Source: Blastocatellia bacterium (GTDB taxonomy: Bacteria; Acidobacteriota; Blastocatellia; UBA7656). Taken from it: DNA of 50,803 nt. Under the pieces are notes generated by a model. The model was not told the DNA's origin, did no database searches, and saw only the letters and a list, made by a program, of their open reading frames with translations. A program made the translations under genes and the position numbers. Location of the stretch: assembly GCA_022615215.1 (NCBI GenBank), contig JAKEHD010000252.1, forward strand, positions 1 through 50,803, written 5' to 3'. The number at the start of each line of letters is the position of its first letter. Position 1 is the first letter of the stretch. Of this stretch, positions 45,121-50,803 are shown piece by piece.

Positions 45121-46779
45121 TCAGTACGTCCGGGCATCTCCCCTCCATACCGCTTTCGCTTCGGGGGCGGCGCTTGCTTCATGAAAAACAGAGAACAACC
45201 TCTCTTCATAATCGCCTTCGCCGGGCGTCCCGTCGTTGAATCCCTGCACGAGTATTTCAGTAGCTATGAGCGAGAATCTCTCGATCTGCTCGACCGGGAA
45301 CCCCTTTCCCGTCAGATAGGGCAAGGCCCAGAAATCGAATGTGTAAACCGGCAGAATCGCAGAACCCTTCACGTTTCGATAAACCTCTTCGACCATTTCA
45401 ACGCCTTCTCGCCAGTCCATGGTGTTGTGCGTCCAACTGAGGTCCTCGCCGCGAATTCCGTATTTGTCGGCCTCCTTGTGTATCGGAAGAGACCTCCTGT
45501 GATAGTACATCTCCACGCGATAGAACATCGGCGAAGTCTCGTTGAGAAAGTCTATAGTATTATGGACCGTCTGTCTCGTTTCGCCCGGAAACCCGATTAT
45601 CATCGATACGAAGGTGGGAATGCCGCGCTCCTTCAGATTGCGAATGCCGTACTTGTATCTCTCGACTGTGGCGAACTTCTTCATGTTGGTCAGTATGTTC
45701 TGGTCGCCGGACTCTATGCCGAGGAAGACGCCCGCGCAGTTGCTCTCCGCCATCAGGTCGAAGGTCTCATCGTCGGAGTTCGAGCATCGGAAATATGAAT
45801 ACCATTTGAAGTCGAATTTGTTGCGGATCATCATTCGGAGAAGCTCTTTGAAGCGGGGCAGCGGGACGTTGAACGTGTCATCGATGAACATGAGATTCTT
45901 CGCCCCCGCGTCTTGCAAGGCGCTCAGTTCCCTCTCGACCACAGGCAGGCTTGTGAGGTTGAGCGGGCCTGCGAAGTACGGATAGCTGCAAAAGGCGCAC
46001 GAATAGGCGCAGCTTCGCGCCGTTCGCATAGGCACGGTAGGTGTGTAATAATCCCTGTCGAAATGCTGCCAGTCCACGCTGTTTTCATCCATGTCGTTGC
46101 TTTCGACGACTCTCTCAGTCCTGTGAAACTCTTCGTTGTCGAGGGTGTATATGAGATTTGGGATGCGACTGAGATCCTGGCCTCGCTCCTTGCGCAACTC
46201 TTCGAGCGTCATCGATAGCGTCAACTCTCCCTGAGAATCGTGAATGTATATGTCTGCGCCCATCTCTCTGAATAGTTCGTCCTGAGCCTCAGTGTCGTTG
46301 AGGAAACAAACGTCGAAGATATACGGCCCGCCGACTGCGATTTTAGTGCCTGAGCTATGCTGTCTGATGAACTTGACCAGAGCGCAAACGGGGTCCGTCT
46401 CCTCGTAATAGGTCGTGGTGATAGCGACCACGCTCGGCGACTGCGCGAGCAGGTCTATCAATCTCTGCTTTTCCCTGTTGAAGAAGTTGACTATTTCGAC
46501 TCTGAGATTCCGCCGACAGAGAAAGCTCTTCAAGGTGATAGCGCCGAGGTTGGGCATCTCCGCCATATTCAAGCGATGATCGCGGCCCGTTGCCTCTTTC
46601 AGCGTATGGTTCAGCAAATCCATTATAGGTATTCTGGCTCCGCGAAATTCAGGGAACTGCCATTGGAGATACCTGTAAAAGCCTGAGCTTTCTTTTGCCT
46701 CTCTTGCCAGGGCGATCTCTTCGTCGTAATCGCGTTCATAGAATCCTATGATGATGCAATCGAGTCGGTCTTTCTTCAT
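45121..46779 (-). CDS. B12-binding-domain radical SAM protein (class B rSAM), paralogue 1
   Basis: The ATG at 46779 has a GAGGAG RBS. The N-terminal Rossmann-like region is LDCIIIGFYE...VVAITTTYYE...KIAVGGPYI. The CX3CX2C cluster motif is RSCAYSCAFCSYPYF, and GVFLGIESGD follows. 552 aa. Confidence 0.85.
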   Translation of the reverse strand: MKKDRLDCIIIGFYERDYDEEIALAREAKESSGFYRYLQWQFPEFRGARIPIMDLLNHTLKEATGRDHRLNMAEMPNLGAITLKSFLCRRNLRVEIVNFFNREKQRLIDLLAQSPSVVAITTTYYEETDPVCALVKFIRQHSSGTKIAVGGPYIFDVCFLNDTEAQDELFREMGADIYIHDSQGELTLSMTLEELRKERGQDLSRIPNLIYTLDNEEFHRTERVVESNDMDENSVDWQHFDRDYYTPTVPMRTARSCAYSCAFCSYPYFAGPLNLTSLPVVERELSALQDAGAKNLMFIDDTFNVPLPRFKELLRMMIRNKFDFKWYSYFRCSNSDDETFDLMAESNCAGVFLGIESGDQNILTNMKKFATVERYKYGIRNLKERGIPTFVSMIIGFPGETRQTVHNTIDFLNETSPMFYRVEMYYHRRSLPIHKEADKYGIRGEDLSWTHNTMDWREGVEMVEEVYRNVKGSAILPVYTFDFWALPYLTGKGFPVEQIERFSLIATEILVQGFNDGTPGEGDYEERLFSVFHEASAAPEAKAVWRGDARTY

Positions 46780-46804
46780 GGTTTGTCTCCTCGCCGCAGG
46801 GGTA

Positions 46805-48406
46805 TCACATGAATATTTCCCGCAATCTTCTCTCTTCATCGCCGGTATCGGGGGTATCGGAATCGAATCCCTTAACGAGCATATCGGTCGCAACGCCTGC
46901 GAACCGGACGATCTTCTCTATCGAGAATCCCTTCGACATAAGATAGGGCGCAGCGTCTATCGAGAACGTATAGGTCGGCATTATGACAGGCCCTTTGACC
47001 GACCTGTAGACCTCCAGGGTCAGCTCGGCCGCCTCTTGCCAGTCCATAGTGTTATGCTTCCAACTGTAGCCTTCGCCTTCGATGCCGTACTTGTCGGCCT
47101 CTCTGTGTATCGGGACCGATTTGCTGTGCCAGTAGAGTTCGGCGGCATAAAAGGTCGGGTCGGTTTCATTGAGAAAGTCGATGGTGTTCTGAACGGTCTC
47201 CCTCGTTTCGCCGGGGAATCCGACTATCATCGATACGAAGGCGGGAATGCCGCGCTCCTTGAGCTTGCGAATGCTGTCCTTGTATTTTGCGACCGTAGCG
47301 CGCTTGTTCATATTGACCAATATGTTCTGGTCGCCGGACTCTATGCCGAGGAAGACGCCTATGCATCCACTGTCGCGCATCAGGTCGAAGGTCTCGTCGT
47401 CGGCGTTCGAGCATCGGAAATACGAATACCATTTGAAATCATACTTGTTGGCGATCATCGACTTGAGAAGGTTTTTGAATCGCGGCAGCGGCACGTTGAA
47501 GGTGTCATCGATGAAGCTGATGTACTTCACTCCTGAGTCTTTCAAGACTGCGAGTTCGTTTTCGACCACGGGCAGGCTTGTGAGGTTGAGCGGACCTGCG
47601 AAGTACGGATAGCTGCAAAAGGCGCACGAATAGGCGCAGCTTCGCGCCGTTCGCATAGAGGCGAAGGGAGTGTAAAACTCCTTATCGAAGAACCGCCAGT
47701 CCACGCTGTTTTCATCCATCTCATTGTTTTCGATGACCCTTTCATTTCTGTGGAACTCTTTGTTGTCGAGGGTGTATATGAGATTCGGGATGCGGCTGAG
47801 ATCCTGGCCTCGCTCCTTGCACAGTTCTGCGAGCGCCATCGAGAGCGTCAACTCTCCCTGAGAATCGTGAATGTAGATGTCTGCGCCAATCTCTCTGAAT
47901 ATCTCGTTTTGAGTTTCCGCATCATTGTTGTGGCATAAGTTGAATACATAAGGGCCGCCGACGATTATTTTGGTATCGGTGTTGTACTGCTTGACGAAAT
48001 CGATGATATTGCGGATGGGGCCGGAGTCTTCATAATAGGTGGTGGTGATAGCGACCGCTTTTGGCGATTGCGCCAGCATATCTATCAATCTCTGCTTTTC
48101 CCTGTTGAAGAAATTGATCATCCCGACGTTGAAATTGCGATTGCAGAGAAAGCTGGCCAGGACGACGACGCCCAGGTTCGGAGTTTCCGCCAGATTGAGT
48201 TGATGGTCCCGACCTGTCGTCTCGGTCAAGACGGTATTGAGCAATTCCATGTATGGAATTCTTCGTCCGCGAAAAGGAACTAGTTGACCGAGCACATAAT
48301 AATAAAACCCGGAATCTCCCTGTGCCTCTTTTTTCTTTTGGAATTCCTCTTCGTAATGATGCTCGTAGAAGCCTATAACGATGCAGTCGAGTTTGTCGCC
48401 CATCAT
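46805..48406 (-). CDS. B12-binding-domain radical SAM protein (class B rSAM), paralogue 2
   Basis: The ATG at 48406 has GAGGGG upstream; the track start is 48418. The architecture matches paralogue 1, including the identical RTARSCAYSCAFCSYPYFAGPLNLTSLPVVE segment. 533 aa. Confidence 0.85.
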   Translation of the reverse strand: MMGDKLDCIVIGFYEHHYEEEFQKKKEAQGDSGFYYYVLGQLVPFRGRRIPYMELLNTVLTETTGRDHQLNLAETPNLGVVVLASFLCNRNFNVGMINFFNREKQRLIDMLAQSPKAVAITTTYYEDSGPIRNIIDFVKQYNTDTKIIVGGPYVFNLCHNNDAETQNEIFREIGADIYIHDSQGELTLSMALAELCKERGQDLSRIPNLIYTLDNKEFHRNERVIENNEMDENSVDWRFFDKEFYTPFASMRTARSCAYSCAFCSYPYFAGPLNLTSLPVVENELAVLKDSGVKYISFIDDTFNVPLPRFKNLLKSMIANKYDFKWYSYFRCSNADDETFDLMRDSGCIGVFLGIESGDQNILVNMNKRATVAKYKDSIRKLKERGIPAFVSMIVGFPGETRETVQNTIDFLNETDPTFYAAELYWHSKSVPIHREADKYGIEGEGYSWKHNTMDWQEAAELTLEVYRSVKGPVIMPTYTFSIDAAPYLMSKGFSIEKIVRFAGVATDMLVKGFDSDTPDTGDEERRLREIFM

Positions 48407-48721
48407 CGCACCCCTCATTCAGAGCTAAAGGCAACGGTCGCAAACGGGTCGACCTTATGCCTGACGAACCGCCTGAGAAGGCGGTCCCGTTTGAAGGCTG
48501 TCGGCAGCCTCCTCGGCCCACATTTATGGATAGGCGAAAGCTGGCGGAGTTTGGAAATCGATTCGCACGACGGGGATAATGGTGACTTTTCGAAAGCCCG
48601 GCGATCAGGAAAAACTGATGGACCTGCCAGGGAATCGCCCCCAGGATCGGACGTGCCGCCGGCTACAGAGCCATCCGCTGTGGCAATGCTATCAAATTGT
48701 TACAAAATCCGAAGCGGCCAG

Positions 48722-48750
48722 AGTGTATCTAATCAAACCGGGATCGTCAA
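48722..48750 (-). promoter_or_regulatory. sigma70-like promoter candidate for the rSAM-polyamine cluster
   Basis: The minus strand reads TTGACG (48750-48745), a 17-nt spacer, then TACACT (48727-48722). This would give a leader of about 310 nt before the ATG at 48406. Confidence 0.35.
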
Positions 48751-48803
48751 GCGAATTTTAGAACGGGTCGTAAATCGCCGCTCCTGGGAGGTAAGTGTAA
48801 GGG

Positions 48804-48833
48804 GATCAACCGATTCGCTGCAAGCGGTTGATC
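48804..48833. promoter_or_regulatory. 9-bp perfect inverted repeat in the divergent intergenic region
   Basis: GATCAACCG-(12 nt)-CGGTTGATC. Confidence 0.8.
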
Positions 48834-48940
48834 GCGGCGTCAGGCAATTGAGCGAACCGAGGGATTGAGTTGAAACCCTTTCCTTGCCATTTCCTGACCC
48901 CACTGCGATAATCCGAGCGAGGGAATAATGAGGAATAATT

Positions 48941-49204
48941 ATGATCACGATGCCCAAAGAACTTCGACAAGCTGTTCGCGCATCCGAAGGTCGACCCGTG
49001 CGTGTCTCTGACCCGGAAACCAGCGAGGAATACGTCCTTTTGCCGGCGAAAGTCTACGACCAGGTGTCGGGATTGTTCTATGACGACGATCCCCTGACAA
49101 GCGATGAGAGGCGAAACTTGTTGATTCAGGCGGGCCTGCGCGCCGGGTGGGACGATCCGGAGATGAACGTTTACGACGAGTTCGATCCCCGGAGTTTAGT
49201 CTAG
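48941..49204 (+). CDS. hypothetical small protein (87 aa)
   Basis: An AGGAA RBS lies 5 nt upstream. The product is MITMPKELRQAVRASEGRPVRVSDPETSEEYVLLPAKVYDQV.... I did not recognise the family; it could be antitoxin-like, based only on its position next to the TA nest. Confidence 0.5.
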   Translation: MITMPKELRQAVRASEGRPVRVSDPETSEEYVLLPAKVYDQVSGLFYDDDPLTSDERRNLLIQAGLRAGWDDPEMNVYDEFDPRSLV

Positions 49205-49211
49205 CTCTATT

Positions 49212-49589
49212 TTAGGTAGTCAAACGCAGTCTGATGTAGCAAATATGTCTACAAAAATACAGATTGACAACTGCCTGCACCCATGAAATCATAGGTGTGT
49301 TGATAAGCTCTTTGAACTTCATATAGGCGGTTGTGATAGGAAGGCTGTCACGTAAAATATGAACCATGAGAGTCGATTCCTTGTGGCAAAAAGCAAAGGC
49401 GAAAACCAAGCCGAAATGCTTATAATCAAACCACTTATAAGGAATAAGAACCTTGCCGGTAGTGGCTACGTCGGCAAGTAAAATTCGCTTGTGGAGTTGG
49501 ATACCTCTACTTGAAATCTCGATTTCAAGCAAGTAACCGACTATGAAGCAGGTAGGTCTATGTTTGACTACATAGACTGTAGCAGACAA
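49212..49589 (-). CDS. doubtful ORF inside an AT-rich insert
   Basis: 125-aa ORF with a TTG start and no RBS in a segment of about 40% GC. I recognised no family and it may be non-coding. Confidence 0.2.
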   Translation of the reverse strand: MSATVYVVKHRPTCFIVGYLLEIEISSRGIQLHKRILLADVATTGKVLIPYKWFDYKHFGLVFAFAFCHKESTLMVHILRDSLPITTAYMKFKELINTPMISWVQAVVNLYFCRHICYIRLRLTT

Positions 49590-49591
49590 TC

Positions 49592-49804
49592 ATGAATGCC
49601 CGTCGCGGTGACATCGTGCTTGTGGATTTCCCTTACAGTAACCACACGGGAAGCAAGGTGCGCCCTGCCCTTGTCGTACAGTCGGATGTCTGGAACCGGA
49701 AATCTGCTTCTGAAACGGCACTTCTGAGCGAGCATGCGCTGGCTGAAGATTGGATGAGGCCGGAGGAGGACGAGGCGTGGTCACACCTACAGCCGGAGCG
49801 ATAG
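49592..49804 (+). pseudogene. chimeric ORF: MazF/PemK-like toxin N-terminus fused to an antitoxin C-terminus
   Basis: Residues 1-37 (MNARRGDIVLVDFPYSNHTGSKVRPALVVQSDVWNRK) form a MazF/PemK N-terminal beta-strand region. Residues 38-70 (SASETALLSEHALAEDWMRPEEDEAWSHLQPER) duplicate the C-terminus of the 50552-50773 antitoxin. Confidence 0.6.
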
Positions 49805-49834
49805 TTCTCTCTTTCCTTTCTCCGATCTGTCACA
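49703..49834 (+). repeat. 132-bp direct repeat, copy 1
   Basis: Matches 50672-50803 with 4 mismatches, all within the first 45 nt or so. The last 90 nt or so are identical. Confidence 0.95.
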
Positions 49835-50024
49835 ATCAAAGCTCCGCCCTGCCGTAGTATTAGCCGATGCCGGTAAAGGTGATTGGGTGCTGTGTCAGGT
49901 CACGAGCAAATCTTATGCTGACACGAATGGGGTTGAAATCAATGATACGGATTTTTCGAGCGGGTCATTGAAGGTGATCAGCTATGCCCGATCGATTGCC
50001 TGGCGATTCCTGGCTCCCGTATAA
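49777..50024 (+). pseudogene. MazF/PemK-like toxin gene, frame-broken and 3-prime truncated (copy 1)
   Basis: From the GTG at 49777 the frame reads VVTPTAGAIVLSF and stops at 49855-49857. The -1 frame from 49815 continues PFSDLSQSKLRPAVVLADAGKGDWVLCQVTSKSYADTNGVEINDTDFSSGSLKVISYAR and then diverges to a stop at 50022-50024. Confidence 0.55.
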
Positions 50025-50063
50025 TGATTCGCGGACAGTCAGGACGACGACAGGAAACAAGCG

Positions 50064-50402
50064 ATGGGAATAACCATACAAACCGAGGCTCCGCCGTTAC
50101 GTCGGGATGCGTCATGGGCGCTCCGTGTCGGTCAGTCCCGCGTCTTGTTGGAATTGGTGATCCGAGCATTCGAAGATGGCGCGACACCGGAAGCTATTGC
50201 CCAACGTTACTCGACCGCGACCCTGGCCGATATTTATGCAACTATCGCCTACTACTTGCGTCATCGGGAAGACATCGAAGCCTATTTGATAGAACGCGAG
50301 CAACGGGCACAGCAGGTTCGCCAACGCATCGAGGCCCGACAAGGGGATCTGGCAGATCTGAGAAGCCGCTTGCTGGCTCGCCGACACACTGTCCCAGGAT
50401 AA
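50064..50402 (+). CDS. DUF433-like protein (antitoxin-like partner), second copy in the window
   Basis: LRVGQSRVLLELVIRAFEDGATPEAIAQRYSTATLADIYATIAYYLRHREDIEAYL fits the DUF433 C-terminal pattern. Confidence 0.65.
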   Translation: MGITIQTEAPPLRRDASWALRVGQSRVLLELVIRAFEDGATPEAIAQRYSTATLADIYATIAYYLRHREDIEAYLIEREQRAQQVRQRIEARQGDLADLRSRLLARRHTVPG

Positions 50403-50405
50403 CTC

Positions 50406-50555
50406 ATGGTGAGGCTGTTGAGTGATCAGAACTTCAACGGGGATATTGTGCGCGGGCTGCTGCTGCGTCGTCCCAACCTTGACCTCGTTCGCGCGCAAGA
50501 TGTTGGATTAGACGTAGCAAATCTTCAGAGAATAGAAATGGAGGTGCGCTTATGA
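50406..50555 (+). pseudogene. truncated DUF5615 PIN-like gene
   Basis: Below the track size cut-off. MVRLLSDQNFNGDIVRGLLLRRPNLDLVRAQDVGL matches the N-terminal third of DUF5615. The ORF then ends after 14 unrelated codons in an ATGA overlap with the next ORF. Confidence 0.6.
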
Positions 50556-50773
50556 TCCAAACAGTAGAAGCGGTTATCGATCAGAACGGCAATGTTCATC
50601 TGCTCGAATCCGTCAAGCTCCCGGCTTCGAGACGTGCTCTGGTCACTATCCTGGATGAAGAGCCGGCCGTCTCTGTTTCTGAAACGGCGCTTCTGAGCGA
50701 GCAGGCGCTGGCCGAAGATTGGATGAGGCCGGAGGAGGACGAGGCGTGGTCACACCTACAGCCGGAGCGATAG
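50552..50773 (+). CDS. small antitoxin-family protein (DUF104/AF2212-like N-terminus)
   Basis: MIQTVEAVIDQNGNVHLLESVKLPASRRALVTILDEEP fits the AF2212-like antitoxin pattern. It is followed by a mazF-like start. Confidence 0.6.
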   Translation: MIQTVEAVIDQNGNVHLLESVKLPASRRALVTILDEEPAVSVSETALLSEQALAEDWMRPEEDEAWSHLQPER

Positions 50774-50803
50774 TTCTCTCTTTCCTTTCTCCGATCTGTC
50801 ACA
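50672..50803 (+). repeat. 132-bp direct repeat, copy 2 (runs into the window edge)
   Basis: See 49703-49834; the offset is 969 bp. Confidence 0.95.
50746..50803 (+). pseudogene. start of MazF/PemK-like gene, copy 2 (cut by window edge, same frame break)
   Basis: Identical to 49777-49834, including the tctttcctttctcc stretch where the homologous reading frame shifts by -1. Confidence 0.45.

Noticed and set aside
48615-48700. B12-box-like GGACCTGCC followed by AGGGAATC and GCCGCCGGCTACAG on the plus strand, next to cobalamin-type rSAM genes.
   Set aside because: The motif order is wrong for a cobalamin riboswitch, because the B12 box should be 3-prime of the AGGGAA/core. It is also on the strand pointing away from the rSAM operon toward an unrelated 87-aa gene.
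48840-48890. 16-codon minus-strand mini-ORF (MARKGFQLNPSVRSIA) considered as a RiPP precursor for the tandem rSAM enzymes.
   Set aside because: It is very short and has no leader/core features. It lies upstream of the predicted promoter and is separated from it by a hairpin. No other RiPP-type genes (protease, transporter, RRE) are in the cluster.
1-50803. Search by eye for rRNA, tRNA, tmRNA, RNase P, transposase, integrase, reverse transcriptase and cas genes.
   Set aside because: I found no conserved signature of any of them, such as the RNase P GGAAAGUCCGG block, a tmRNA tag frame, or DDE or tyrosine-recombinase motifs. Absence by eye is not proof; tRNAscan and cmscan would settle it.

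Overview
This is a 50.8-kb bacterial chromosomal window, roughly 55-60% GC by eye, compactly coded and mostly on the minus strand. Gene content and repeat style suggest a soil or sediment Gram-negative such as Acidobacteriota, but I cannot verify taxonomy without a search. Housekeeping blocks are mtgA, ridA-like, trxB, pepA, NAD-type isocitrate dehydrogenase, an MsbA-like ABC exporter, yicC-gmk-rpoZ-coaBC and cdaA-cdaR-glmM. Accessory content, in my order of interest: (1) A seven-gene minus-strand cluster (42069-48406) joins two paralogous cobalamin-type radical SAM enzymes to AdoMet decarboxylase, an aminopropyltransferase, a GmhA-like SIS protein and a deoxyhypusine-synthase-like protein. 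A GntR regulator sits next to it. I know of no characterised pathway with this composition, so it is my best candidate for a new system. (2) There are two separate WGR-domain loci. One is a WGR-HEAT giant translationally coupled to a SWIM zinc-finger protein (1-4762). The other is a WGR-beta-propeller protein with an acidic partner and a Clp_N protein (12594-15091). (3) A family of 7-8 nt CAG-N tandem arrays, arranged as inverted pairs, fills at least seven intergenic spacers. An exact 17-mer also occurs three times. (4) Toxin-antitoxin modules are dense: hicAB and two DUF433/DUF5615 pairs, plus a nest of truncated, chimeric and frameshifted MazF-type cassettes at 49.6-50.8 kb. That nest contains a 132-bp repeat running into the window edge. 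(5) A lower-GC island encodes a glycine-rich secreted protein beside a TonB-dependent-receptor remnant. (6) There is an FGE, sulfatase and SLC13-like permease locus. I recognised no rRNA, tRNA, CRISPR array, transposase or integrase. All family calls come from motif recognition by eye and none has been confirmed by a search.
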